Shown here one piece after another: positions 8,883 to 18,787 of a DNA stretch of 49,861 nucleotides; position 1 is the first letter of the stretch; each line of letters opens with the position of its first letter. Source of the stretch: a virus (lineage: Duplodnaviria > Caudoviricetes). The stretch lies in the IMG/VR virus record IMGVR_UViG_3300020045_005736, positions 1-49,861 of that record, one strand, 5' to 3'. The notes beneath the pieces were generated by a model. The model did not search any database. It was not told the origin of the DNA and saw only the letters and a list, made by a program, of their open reading frames with translations. A program made the translations under genes and the position numbers.

Positions 8883-10278
8883 TTATACAGTAGTGGGGCA
8901 GACAAAGTTGCCGCTGATGTATAATAGTGCTACTGGTGGATTTGAAAGTGGGACAAATCTAGGTTTACGCTATTTTCCCGGAACTAACGTGGTTTTAGTT
9001 CCGACGAATTTTGGTGGAAATAGTTGGGGTCTAATTATTAATGCTGCGACAAGTGGTGGCTCAGGGGATGCGGGCGGGACTAATGCTAGACAGTTTGGCA
9101 GTCTCAATCTAACCAATTGGTCTAACATAGCGACTGGGGATATGGCGAATATCCCGTCGGTTACATTTCTTACTAATTGGGCAAATGCGATTAGCAATCT
9201 AGCTTATATGATAGCGATGGCAAACAGCAATCTATCTTGGAGTATAGGGACCGATGCGACAAATTATACTTTAACTGCGTCCAATAACGTTAGACTTGTT
9301 GCTGGTCTTGCTGCAACTAATCATGCTGAGGCAATTTTACAGTCAGCGACAAATTATGCAAATGGTGTTACAAATAGTTCTATAGTAAGACAAGCAGAGC
9401 TAACTACTGCTTCCAATGTGCTCAGCTCAGCAACAGCTTCTAAACAACACGGAAGTATATTGCTAAGTAATCTGCTTAACATGGGCATTAGTAATATCCT
9501 AGCTGCAGATGGTATTGCACTAGCGACTAATGGGGGAGTCTTGTGGATTACTAATACAGCTAGTGCAGGTGCAGGAGGGACTGTAACTTCGACGTGGGGG
9601 ATTGAAGTGCAGACTAATGGTACAGTCTATATTGTAGGTCAACATCCGATGCAGCGTTATCAATCTGCGATGGATAATCCTAATGCCTCGTCAGGGTTCT
9701 ACACCGCATTAGATGCTTGGAATCTGCAAGGCTCTGCTGTGAATGTAGGAACAGCAACAACACACTCACGAAAACGATTCTATACTGCCGCGACTGACAC
9801 TACTTCTAATGGAGTTTATCAAACTATTTCTACATATAAGTTATTCAAAAACTCAAAGCATGAATTTCTAGTTATTGTTACTAACGTATCAAATGTCCGG
9901 GTGTGGTGCGGACTGTCCAGCGGCAACATTGCTCAATTAGTATTAGATGGACAGACACCGGGGCGAGATTTTGCGGGCTTTCGCTTGAGTACTAATTCTG
10001 CTAATCTGTTCTTCGTAACGAGTGCTGGCGGAGCTAACACAGCTACAGACACAGGTTTTACACCTGCTGCAGATGCTACATTACGTTTAGGCGTGGAATT
10101 AATTAGTAATGGTAGTGTCTATACATCAGCGATTGGTTACACTAACGGTGTAGCTTGTGTTACAAACACTACGAATCTGCCTGATGAAGCAATGCGTCGC
10201 CTCATCACCGTGCAGACATTAGAGGCTTTAGCTAAAGGTGTAGATATGATTCAAGTGCATGGATGGACAGATTTATGA
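8812..10278 (+). CDS. TN-rich fibre-like protein with signal peptide
   Basis: Likely start ATG 8812 or 8836 rather than 8725; hydrophobic leader ending VVG|Q; helical stalk then beta-rich C-terminal domain. Confidence 0.6.
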   Translation: MNNFARRQMVLLSLLLLTLGLASNYTVVGQTKLPLMYNSATGGFESGTNLGLRYFPGTNVVLVPTNFGGNSWGLIINAATSGGSGDAGGTNARQFGSLNLTNWSNIATGDMANIPSVTFLTNWANAISNLAYMIAMANSNLSWSIGTDATNYTLTASNNVRLVAGLAATNHAEAILQSATNYANGVTNSSIVRQAELTTASNVLSSATASKQHGSILLSNLLNMGISNILAADGIALATNGGVLWITNTASAGAGGTVTSTWGIEVQTNGTVYIVGQHPMQRYQSAMDNPNASSGFYTALDAWNLQGSAVNVGTATTHSRKRFYTAATDTTSNGVYQTISTYKLFKNSKHEFLVIVTNVSNVRVWCGLSSGNIAQLVLDGQTPGRDFAGFRLSTNSANLFFVTSAGGANTATDTGFTPAADATLRLGVELISNGSVYTSAIGYTNGVACVTNTTNLPDEAMRRLITVQTLEALAKGVDMIQVHGWTDL

Positions 10279-10718
10279 AAACAATCATACTCTCGTTACT
10301 CCTCAGTATCTCGTCACTCATCGCCCAGCCTCACATCGTGGGCATCTCTCCAGTTAATTGTGAGCCTTTCTTTGGTTGCTATGTGTATGTGTTCGCGCAA
10401 CAATTAGCGAATAAGTCATGCACTATTGAAGGAGCTGTGGCTGCTAACTTCCAATCATCCTATGTGGCTGCCTACTACGATTGTTTCCACGAAGCGCAAA
10501 CAGTAGTAGCTACGTTTCCTGCGTTAGCAGGATGGACATTCTTTCGTGCTAGGAATGACCCTTGCAATATGTTTATTGTGGGTAATCAAGTTATTAGCGA
10601 GACATATCATATTGTGACCAATCCTATTGATGGTTTGGAGTACAAGTTGTTTGAGATAATTGACGATCAACCTAATTTGGACGGCAGCAAACGATACCTC
10701 GCCTATCCTCTTATTTAA
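10275..10718 (+). CDS. Small secreted protein
   Basis: MKTIILSLLLSISSLIA|Q; ATG overlaps upstream stop (ATGA). Confidence 0.55.
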   Translation: MKTIILSLLLSISSLIAQPHIVGISPVNCEPFFGCYVYVFAQQLANKSCTIEGAVAANFQSSYVAAYYDCFHEAQTVVATFPALAGWTFFRARNDPCNMFIVGNQVISETYHIVTNPIDGLEYKLFEIIDDQPNLDGSKRYLAYPLI

Positions 10719-10727
10719 TGTACGATA

Positions 10728-10958
10728 ATGTCTAACACCGGGACAAACTCTATGGGAAGAGAAGATTATAATATGCAAACAAGACTAGCTATAGTTGAGA
10801 ATCGTGTTGACGAAACTATTGAAATGCTTAAAGAGACTATAGTCTCGCTACGAGACCGTGTTGCAACACTTGAGAAACTTGTTTTTATAGGATTTGGAAT
10901 TGTTGTAACGCTTCAAGTAGCTGTGCCGATTATGATTAAAGCTTTAACTAAACAATAA
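10728..10958 (+). CDS. Coiled-coil plus C-terminal TM protein (possible lysis accessory)
   Basis: RLAIVENRVD...RVATLEK followed by a hydrophobic helix. Confidence 0.5.
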   Translation: MSNTGTNSMGREDYNMQTRLAIVENRVDETIEMLKETIVSLRDRVATLEKLVFIGFGIVVTLQVAVPIMIKALTKQ

Positions 10959-10962
10959 CTTT

Positions 10963-11268
10963 ATGCCTGACGAACCTATTCCTACGAACAACACACAGAT
11001 AACTACACAAACGAGTGTAGAGACGACAGGTAACTTGCCTCCTGATTCTTCATTCCTCGGTATCTCTATCCGAGCTTGGGTGGTGATGATGCTGGTGGGG
11101 ACTATCTGTTTGTCGCATCTGTCTGTAACGAGTGCGGTTCTTATTGATGCAATCTTTTTCTCCAAAGATTGGAGTCGCGTGGGGACATATGCTAATATCA
11201 GCGAGCCTCTCTACGGTGCGGTGATGATTGGTATTGGTTTTTTCTTTGGGCAAAAACCTAACAAATAA
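10963..11268 (+). CDS. Putative holin
   Basis: 101 aa, two hydrophobic segments, C-terminal 'IGFFFGQK'. Confidence 0.5.
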   Translation: MPDEPIPTNNTQITTQTSVETTGNLPPDSSFLGISIRAWVVMMLVGTICLSHLSVTSAVLIDAIFFSKDWSRVGTYANISEPLYGAVMIGIGFFFGQKPNK

Positions 11269-11272
11269 TTTT

Positions 11273-12475
11273 ATGCCCCCCATCCTTAACTTTAATCAAA
11301 TTAGACCCGCAGCAGAATGTGGATATATCGGTGCATATATATCTATCCCTACGTTCTCCTATGTCGGGCCGATTTGGAAAGGGGTAAGCGAGATAGTTTG
11401 TCAGTTTAACTATAGTGCGACGCGCAATTTTGTTCTTCGTGGCAGACCTCTAGCTCCGGTCGCGGCAAACTATGCAGCTGTAATTAAATATCGAATCGGC
11501 TACACAGTTTATAGATATAAACTCTGGGAAGGAATAGGAGAAGTGACGCCAAACGTCGAACTTTACCGGGGGCAAGTGATTAAGAAGAACTTTGTAATAG
11601 AGATATGGAATGTCGCGTCATCTAATGCGGTGAATGGGGATGCGATGAATGTTCAATTGGGAAGCAGGAAGATTCCAGATAATAACTATTCGTCTCTCGC
11701 TGATTATGAAGATGGCGACCCCGGCGAACTTGTCAGTCCCGATGAGCTTGTGATTAACAGTGCGACGCAAACTACTCCAGATACGACTGGACTTGCTGCA
11801 TGGTATAAGGGTGATGTGGCTGACCCTCTTGCAGACCAATCGGGAAATGGAAAGAATCTTGCGGGGGCTACTTTTAACGCGAATCTTACATTTGGCTCTA
11901 ACGCGATTCAAGGAGGTTGGTGGACTGGACATACAGGGTTTGGGGCAAATATTACACCGATTAAGAATGTGTGGTTTGTGCTTAAGCAAGATGTTTGGAA
12001 TCTTGGCGGAATACCAATGATGGGCTGGTATAATCTAGCGGCGAGTACAGGGACATATCTTATTACTGATAATATCACACCCGAAGTTCGCGCGGAACAA
12101 GGTATCGATGCTAGTGCAGCTCCAAATGTCAATATGGTGCTCGGGACTGATTATATTGTTGAGTTCTTTGCAAATTCTAATCCAGGGGGTTTTGGAGACA
12201 CACGAGGATTTAGACTCTATGATCTTTATGGGGGAGGATTAATAGCGACAAAACCTATAGGAACTTTAGTTACAGGTCTGGCAGACTTCAACTCACTTTA
12301 CGATATGCTTGTTTATGTTCAAGCGGCGGAAATGCTTTTCTATACGTCGTATCAAGACGAGACAATTAGACAAACTATGCTCAGATACTTAATGTCTCGC
12401 TACAATAGCGATGTTATTCTTCAAGAAGAACTCACAATAACGGGTGACGCGGCTTGGCTCGATAATGCTCCATAA
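11273..12475 (+). CDS. Virion protein with LamG/concanavalin-like C-terminal domain
   Basis: Likely start ATG 11273; 'GLAAWYKGD...DQSGNGKNL' motif typical of LamG-like modules. Confidence 0.55.
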   Translation: MPPILNFNQIRPAAECGYIGAYISIPTFSYVGPIWKGVSEIVCQFNYSATRNFVLRGRPLAPVAANYAAVIKYRIGYTVYRYKLWEGIGEVTPNVELYRGQVIKKNFVIEIWNVASSNAVNGDAMNVQLGSRKIPDNNYSSLADYEDGDPGELVSPDELVINSATQTTPDTTGLAAWYKGDVADPLADQSGNGKNLAGATFNANLTFGSNAIQGGWWTGHTGFGANITPIKNVWFVLKQDVWNLGGIPMMGWYNLAASTGTYLITDNITPEVRAEQGIDASAAPNVNMVLGTDYIVEFFANSNPGGFGDTRGFRLYDLYGGGLIATKPIGTLVTGLADFNSLYDMLVYVQAAEMLFYTSYQDETIRQTMLRYLMSRYNSDVILQEELTITGDAAWLDNAP

Positions 12476-12499
12476 TTTTATTTTCTTAATTAAATTCCT

Positions 12500-13561
12500 A
12501 TGAAAATGTTCAAATACTTAGCTCTAGTTACATTCACATTCAGTCTCGACGCCGCACAAGAATTCGACCTGCGTAAAGGTGTGGACTTGACCGCAACTAA
12601 TCGTGTTACGTGGTTGCTTATTAATCAGATGATGGATGCTGGGACAATCTCTGCAACGAATAAAGGCGGCGTTATTCGTCAAGCAACGACTCCAGACATG
12701 AGTTTGAATACGCGATATACGAACTTTATTTATGTAAGTAACTCAACTGTTACTTCCCCCACACTCATGTTGTGGAATGGAACTGGATGGGTGCCGGGGC
12801 TGGTGGGAGCGAATACAGTAGGCAGCTCGCAGCTCCAAGATTCTTCTGTAACTGCGGGAAAGCTCGCAGGTTCGTCTGTGTTTGGAACTAATATTGCGGG
12901 AAATACAATTCAAAACACTAATCTCGCTGATGGCTCTGTAAGTGGAAATAAAATAGCAGGTGGCGGAGTCTATTACGGGAAGTTTGCATTTGGAGCGATA
13001 GTCGGTGGAGATATTACGAATAAGACTATTACTGAGACGAATATCGCTGATGGAACCGTGGGAAGTATTCAAATTGGAAGCGGACAACTCAGCAATATTA
13101 ATTATGCGGCATCGTCTATCACTTTTGACAAGATTGCAAATAGTGCAATAAGTCAGTATCATATCAGTAATAGTGCGATTGGAACGCTTCAAATCACGAA
13201 TGGCGCAGTTACGTCGAATCAGATTGCGAGTGGAACAATTAATTATACTCTTATCGACACTAACACACCTGTCATGGTTGGTTTTGGTTCTTATACAAAT
13301 TCGTCTGGTGCTGGAACAGCGACATTACTTAACGGACGGAATGTATCTGTGGCGAGGGTCGCCGCTGGCCGTGTGCTTGTTACGTTTAATACCGCACCGT
13401 CGTCAATAAATTATACTGTTAATGCTAACGCCATTGATCCTGACGACAATTCGGTTTGTATAGTGACGAATAAACTTACAACGACATTTGAAATTCGTAC
13501 TATGAATCTTGCCGGAGCACTTTCCGACGCGAATCAAGTGATGTTCACGATTACACACTAA
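12500..13561 (+). CDS. Tail fibre-like protein with ~10-residue repeats and signal-peptide-like N-terminus
   Basis: Repeats such as IAGNTIQNTN/LADGSVSGNK/IADGTVGSIQ; fibre-tip-like C-terminus. Confidence 0.65.
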   Translation: MKMFKYLALVTFTFSLDAAQEFDLRKGVDLTATNRVTWLLINQMMDAGTISATNKGGVIRQATTPDMSLNTRYTNFIYVSNSTVTSPTLMLWNGTGWVPGLVGANTVGSSQLQDSSVTAGKLAGSSVFGTNIAGNTIQNTNLADGSVSGNKIAGGGVYYGKFAFGAIVGGDITNKTITETNIADGTVGSIQIGSGQLSNINYAASSITFDKIANSAISQYHISNSAIGTLQITNGAVTSNQIASGTINYTLIDTNTPVMVGFGSYTNSSGAGTATLLNGRNVSVARVAAGRVLVTFNTAPSSINYTVNANAIDPDDNSVCIVTNKLTTTFEIRTMNLAGALSDANQVMFTITH

Positions 13562-13567
13562 TATTAT

Positions 13568-14584
13568 ATGTCCCTCAAAAATATCCTTCTCGATGTTTCG
13601 TCGGTTCTTAGTCTTGACATATCTAATGCCGCCGAGAAAGCATATCACATCGCGAAGATTAACGAAGCGGCGGAAGAGCTTTATACGGCAAATGATCTCC
13701 CAGGTTGCCTGAGAGAGCAAATCTTTCAAATAGACGATAGCGACACATTTCAAGTAGCATTACCGTGGTACGTGGATAAAATTCGTGCGGTGAGGTTTTA
13801 TGATAATTGGCTAGGAAAGATTCCTGTAGAAGATATGTCCCCTCGTTATCATTCGACAAAGTGGGGAAACAAAGGTCTAATAAGATTTAGGATTAAAGAT
13901 CTTTCTTCTCCACTCTGTCGTGATTTGCAAGATATTACGCCACTTATTTTCTCGTTATCTGATGTAACAGGTGAGAGCGCAGACGTTACATTTAATATTA
14001 TCGGGCGCACAGAAGAAAAAGAGCGGGTGAACGAGGCACTTACGATTGTTGCGGGGCAATACACAAATACGACACTTAATAATTACAAGTCGATTGAAAA
14101 GATTGAAAAAACTAGCCTCAATCAACTCGATTGCACGGTCACTGACATAAACGCAAATGTAGTATCATTTATCCCTAACAGTCAGCTTAAGGCACAATAT
14201 ACCACAGTGATGATTAGGGATGATGATTTCTCGCCGCTTATTAATAACTCCTATCCCCTCAACACTGTAGAGGTTCTTTACAAGACTCGCTTCACACCGT
14301 TTGTTAATACTTATGACGAGTTTCCTTGTCCCAAGTGTGACAAGATTATTTTCTGGAAATTCCTCGAACACTACTATGCGTATAAACCTGACATGGAACA
14401 AAAAGCATTTCAGGCGCACGGTAAATGTAAACAACTCATTAAACAACTAGGGGAAGACGACGGTCTCGGACTCGAACTCGTTATGGAGTTCGGTAGTAAT
14501 CCTATGTATGAGGCACAAATGATGCCTCGGCGGTGGACGACAGGGGGAACCTTCCCCGACCCACTCATCCAATATACGCCTTAA
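13568..14584 (+). CDS. Tail tubular protein A / head-tail adaptor-like
   Basis: N-terminal 'KINEAAEELY' helix typical of adaptors; synteny. Confidence 0.55.
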   Translation: MSLKNILLDVSSVLSLDISNAAEKAYHIAKINEAAEELYTANDLPGCLREQIFQIDDSDTFQVALPWYVDKIRAVRFYDNWLGKIPVEDMSPRYHSTKWGNKGLIRFRIKDLSSPLCRDLQDITPLIFSLSDVTGESADVTFNIIGRTEEKERVNEALTIVAGQYTNTTLNNYKSIEKIEKTSLNQLDCTVTDINANVVSFIPNSQLKAQYTTVMIRDDDFSPLINNSYPLNTVEVLYKTRFTPFVNTYDEFPCPKCDKIIFWKFLEHYYAYKPDMEQKAFQAHGKCKQLIKQLGEDDGLGLELVMEFGSNPMYEAQMMPRRWTTGGTFPDPLIQYTP

Positions 14585-14587
14585 TTT

Positions 14588-16291
14588 ATGCCCGAAGCTA
14601 AGTTCAATCAAGCCTCATTTTCGGGGGGTATCAATCAACAGATAGACACTACCCGGATAGGAACGAACGAGTATCCACTACTTATTAATGGGCGAAATCG
14701 TTACGATGTGATTGAGCCGATTAATCTTCCTGAACAAGTAATAGACAGTGTTTTTCCACTTAATGCGAAGTTTCAAGGTCTTTATGCGGCGGAAAATATT
14801 CTCATCGTGATTGCTGAGGGCCAAGCATTTTGGAAAGATTGGAATATTCCGAACTCATATTTTACAAAGATACCTGACTTTCAGCTCGCTGCTAGCGCAG
14901 ACATTATTTATGCTGCGTCTGTCCCTGTTTCATTTTTGAACTTCGCACGAGTTCCAGAAGCGACGGATATGACGATTAATACGGATGTAAACTTCTCTTC
15001 TGTAATTGATTCTTCCCCTCAAGGCTTTGTGGTTCAAGATGGACTAAATCAACCGTGGTTTATATCTTCAACAATGACCGCAAGGCCACTACAAAACTAT
15101 GGTCTGTGGAACATAAGTGGTGCGAATCAAGGTCGAGAATATGTCCCCGTAGGTCAACAAATGCTCTTTCATAATGGAGTACTTTATATTGTAGCTCCAG
15201 GTGGACGACAGATATATAGGTCAGTCACGGGTAGGCCGCTGGATTTCATGGTAAATATTTTGCCTAATTCTGGTGATAAATCACCAAATGAAAATCAAGG
15301 CGATGCTGCTACAACGAGTCATTCAGTAGATTACGACCAAATTAGTGCAATAGCACCACTAAATACTGACGACGGGGCATTTTTCGTTGCAACTAAACGC
15401 TCATCGTTCGCAGTCACACCAGACTATGATTCGCCCATATTTGGTGAACCTCAATTCTCTAATAGGTTTCTTTTTTCTGTCGGTTGTGTTTCCCCTTTCG
15501 CGGTAGTGGAGATGTTAGGTGATTATGCACTTACGGATTTTAATGGTCTCCGCTCGTTCAATGCGATTCTTCAGGCGAAAAATGAAGGGCGCAACACGCC
15601 TTTTTCTAAGAAGCTCGGCCCCATTCTCCAAGGTATCCAGCAAGATTATGTGTGTTCGATTAATTTCGATAACTATGCTTTGTTTGCTGTTAATACTATA
15701 TACGGTCGCGCTGTTATCGCTTACGATACTCTTCTTGATTGCTTCGCCGCTGTGGATGTTTATCCTGATGTGGGTCAAATTCGTCAATTCGCAGAGGTTA
15801 AGACGAATAGTGGGAAGATACTTTTCGCTATAACATCAAGTGGACTTTATCAGATGTTCGCGGGAGATAAAGCGAACTGTCAATTATATGTAGGCGAGTG
15901 GTGTTCTAATGATCCAGAAGTTGACCAGAAAATCAGCCTATTAAAGATTGTCTTCATAGACGCAGAATCTAACGGCACAGTAAATGCTACACCTTATGTG
16001 GACAGGAAAGAGCAATCGAGCCAAGACCAGCCGATACAACTAGCGATTTCTACACAACTAACTCCACCCATTAATCCACCTTACGGACAAAACACTACTG
16101 ATACTGTGCAAACACTTACGTTTGATTTTGGTCGAGCACTTCAAGGCTGGAAGGTAGGATTTTGGATAGAATGGGACTTTCAAGCGAAACTTTCCCATAT
16201 AGCACTCATGTCATCGGCTGAAAAGAACATAAATACACTTGAGTCTCAAGCGAAGATGTATGCGCGGAATCTTGCCGCGCTTAACGACTAA
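14588..16291 (+). CDS. Tail tubular protein B / nozzle (P22 gp10-like)
   Basis: N-terminal 'QASFSGGIN', 'VGCVSPFAV' motif, beta-rich; synteny. Confidence 0.7.
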   Translation: MPEAKFNQASFSGGINQQIDTTRIGTNEYPLLINGRNRYDVIEPINLPEQVIDSVFPLNAKFQGLYAAENILIVIAEGQAFWKDWNIPNSYFTKIPDFQLAASADIIYAASVPVSFLNFARVPEATDMTINTDVNFSSVIDSSPQGFVVQDGLNQPWFISSTMTARPLQNYGLWNISGANQGREYVPVGQQMLFHNGVLYIVAPGGRQIYRSVTGRPLDFMVNILPNSGDKSPNENQGDAATTSHSVDYDQISAIAPLNTDDGAFFVATKRSSFAVTPDYDSPIFGEPQFSNRFLFSVGCVSPFAVVEMLGDYALTDFNGLRSFNAILQAKNEGRNTPFSKKLGPILQGIQQDYVCSINFDNYALFAVNTIYGRAVIAYDTLLDCFAAVDVYPDVGQIRQFAEVKTNSGKILFAITSSGLYQMFAGDKANCQLYVGEWCSNDPEVDQKISLLKIVFIDAESNGTVNATPYVDRKEQSSQDQPIQLAISTQLTPPINPPYGQNTTDTVQTLTFDFGRALQGWKVGFWIEWDFQAKLSHIALMSSAEKNINTLESQAKMYARNLAALND

Positions 16292-16297
16292 ATAGTT

Positions 16298-17278
16298 ATG
16301 CCCGAATTACAACCACTTACTCCAGTTGTGCCTAATCCGCAGCCAAACTCAAATCCAGAGGCTACCGCACTTAGACGATTTATGGGTTATCCCGGACCTC
16401 CTCGGCCCCAGGTAAATAGTCCAAATGCAACGGCACCACTTAATTATGATTTAGGGGGTAGGCCCACAGGTAAACATCAGCGAAGGGCGTTTGCAAGTGT
16501 ACTGGGAAGTGCTCAAGCCACACAACGAACTCTTCCGGGGTTAATGAACACACTCTATAATGCGAGTGTTCAAAATGCCCCTATTCTTGCACAAGGTCAA
16601 CTCGATATATTGCGTGGTTTTGGGATGCCTTTTGCACAGGCACAAAATGAAATAGACACATATAACCAACGCCAGACTTCGCAACGAGACCTAGATATAG
16701 CTAGAACAACGGGTCGGCAGATGACGGAGGAACAACTCCAACAAGCGAAGATTGCTGACCCAGAATTCTATAAAGGTCGGGAGGAATACACGAATAGGAT
16801 GCTTGAACTACTCAAGCAATTTGATCCCTCTGGCGCACTCACAGAGGGGGAGATAGCAAATGTAGAACGAACGCAGAATCGAAACAACATTAACCGTGGC
16901 GTGGCAAATAGCGGTTCTAATACTGCTGCGATAGGTAATGCACTAGGGTTTGACGACAGACTGATGCAGAAGCGTGACCAACTTAACAGTATTCTTTCAG
17001 GCTTTGGGGGGACATTGCCAGGATTACGTACGGGATATAATCAGTCACTTACTCTAGGTCGTGATGTGGGTCAGAATCAAATGTTGGGAAGTATTATGCC
17101 TACTTCGGGTCTTGGCGTTGGCCAGAATATGACTGGGGGTAATGCGGGACTATTTGGGGGGACATATGGACAAAGTAAGAATCTTCAAACCGCACAGTTC
17201 AATAATCCTAACTGGATGAAGGGAATACAAGGAGTTTCATCACTCATCTCTTCTGTCGGAAGTATTGTGCCAGGATAA
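16298..17278 (+). CDS. Putative DNA ejection (internal virion) protein
   Basis: G/Q/N-rich, amphipathic C-terminus, follows nozzle gene. Confidence 0.55.
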   Translation: MPELQPLTPVVPNPQPNSNPEATALRRFMGYPGPPRPQVNSPNATAPLNYDLGGRPTGKHQRRAFASVLGSAQATQRTLPGLMNTLYNASVQNAPILAQGQLDILRGFGMPFAQAQNEIDTYNQRQTSQRDLDIARTTGRQMTEEQLQQAKIADPEFYKGREEYTNRMLELLKQFDPSGALTEGEIANVERTQNRNNINRGVANSGSNTAAIGNALGFDDRLMQKRDQLNSILSGFGGTLPGLRTGYNQSLTLGRDVGQNQMLGSIMPTSGLGVGQNMTGGNAGLFGGTYGQSKNLQTAQFNNPNWMKGIQGVSSLISSVGSIVPG

Positions 17279-17296
17279 AATTAATTTATAAATAAT

Positions 17297-18772
17297 ATGC
17301 CAGACTATTCCAACATTCTTCGCCGTAATCAACCTCGTGGAAGTGGTCTTATGGGACTGCTCGCGGCGTTTTCCAAAGCTAAATTAAATCCCGACTACGA
17401 TGAAGCCGCGGCAAATTTCAGCGACCCATCAAAACTAGGGATAAACAGATTTGTAGGTAGTGGCCCATTTGGAGGGATGGCGTCGAGAGGAGCGAATGAT
17501 GACTTTAGACTCGCTCAGCTTGAACAAGACGCGCGAAATAAAGAGTTTCAGAATCGACTTCTTTTCGCAAACGAACAAGGACTCCTCAACGCAGGTAAAA
17601 TGCTCGAACAAGAGCATGGAATAAATAAGAAGTTCTCGGATATTGCTCGTAATGAGGCTCTAGCAGAAGAAGGCCAAGCGATGGGTCAGGTTATAGGTAA
17701 TTTACCTTCTGACGTGTCAAAGAATATTATACCGATGGAGCAAGCTTTTAGAAGTCCCGAAGAACAAGCACGGTATCTTCGAGCTGCGTTCGGTCCCAAT
17801 AAGAGTGTGTCGGCACTAGAATTTGAATCTGAGCCTGGAGCTAGGGCAGCGAAGAAATTCGAGGGAAGTACGACGAAGTTGGGTGAAGGTTATTATAATC
17901 CTTCTACTCAACAAATGTTTAATCCGTCGCGGAATGTGACAGAATTTGAAGAAGTAGAATCGCAAGAAGTGGTTGATGAACCTAATCCACTTGACCCAAC
18001 ACTTTCTAAGAAGACAATTAAGAATGTCAAAAAGCTTGTTCCCAAACAGAAGTTCATTCCTCCTTATATCTCCGCCATGCAAGGTGGAGGGTCGGGAGCC
18101 ACAGCGCAAATTACGCCAGAGTTTGTAGATCAATATGCGGCGAAGAATCTAGGAACGAGTAATGTAAGCAATGTTCCGGCGTCACTTTTGTCTCCTCCAC
18201 CTACAGAGTTTAATCGCGACAAGCAAATTCGTGAAGCACTTCCCTTTCTACAGCAATTTATGCAGGGTGGAGAGCAAGGAAGTAGTCAGGTAGGGGCATT
18301 ACCACTTAATACTAAGTTGCAAGGTATGCGTGAAGTAGAGCCACAATTTGAAGGTGTTTTACCTTCTCTTGGTCGTGGTCTTATGAACGAGGGTCTTCCT
18401 GCGCTTAAATCTGCTTTTATCGACCCATTACAAAATCTGGGTAATGTTCTTTCTTCTGGCGCACAATCCATCGCAGGGCCAACGATAAAAGAAACTGCGA
18501 AGGGAATCGGTGAAACTGCGGGACAAGCTCGACAAGCTCTTATACGTGGTAAGAATGAACAACCGATTAAGTCAACTGCACAAAGTCCACTTGCGATTTA
18601 TCTTGAACTTATTCGCCGAGGAATTGAAATTCCGTTCGACGAGCTTAGGCAAATTCTCGAAGGAGCAACAAGTTACTTGGGTGACAGATATAACGAAGGA
18701 GCGAAGCGAACAGAGCCGTTGCCAATGAAAAAGAAGCAAATGCCCAAGCGCAATTTCAGTGTGAACGACTGA
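17297..18772 (+). CDS. Putative internal virion protein
   Basis: 491 aa, helical/low complexity, lies between ejection-type genes. Confidence 0.5.
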   Translation: MPDYSNILRRNQPRGSGLMGLLAAFSKAKLNPDYDEAAANFSDPSKLGINRFVGSGPFGGMASRGANDDFRLAQLEQDARNKEFQNRLLFANEQGLLNAGKMLEQEHGINKKFSDIARNEALAEEGQAMGQVIGNLPSDVSKNIIPMEQAFRSPEEQARYLRAAFGPNKSVSALEFESEPGARAAKKFEGSTTKLGEGYYNPSTQQMFNPSRNVTEFEEVESQEVVDEPNPLDPTLSKKTIKNVKKLVPKQKFIPPYISAMQGGGSGATAQITPEFVDQYAAKNLGTSNVSNVPASLLSPPPTEFNRDKQIREALPFLQQFMQGGEQGSSQVGALPLNTKLQGMREVEPQFEGVLPSLGRGLMNEGLPALKSAFIDPLQNLGNVLSSGAQSIAGPTIKETAKGIGETAGQARQALIRGKNEQPIKSTAQSPLAIYLELIRRGIEIPFDELRQILEGATSYLGDRYNEGAKRTEPLPMKKKQMPKRNFSVND

Positions 18773-18787
18773 GTAAATAATTTATCT

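Noticed and set aside
15972-15988. Weak sigma54-like site CGGCACAGTAAATGCT (and AGGCACAAATGATGC at 14511)
   Set aside because: Inside coding regions with deviations in both boxes; could be chance, so not counted.
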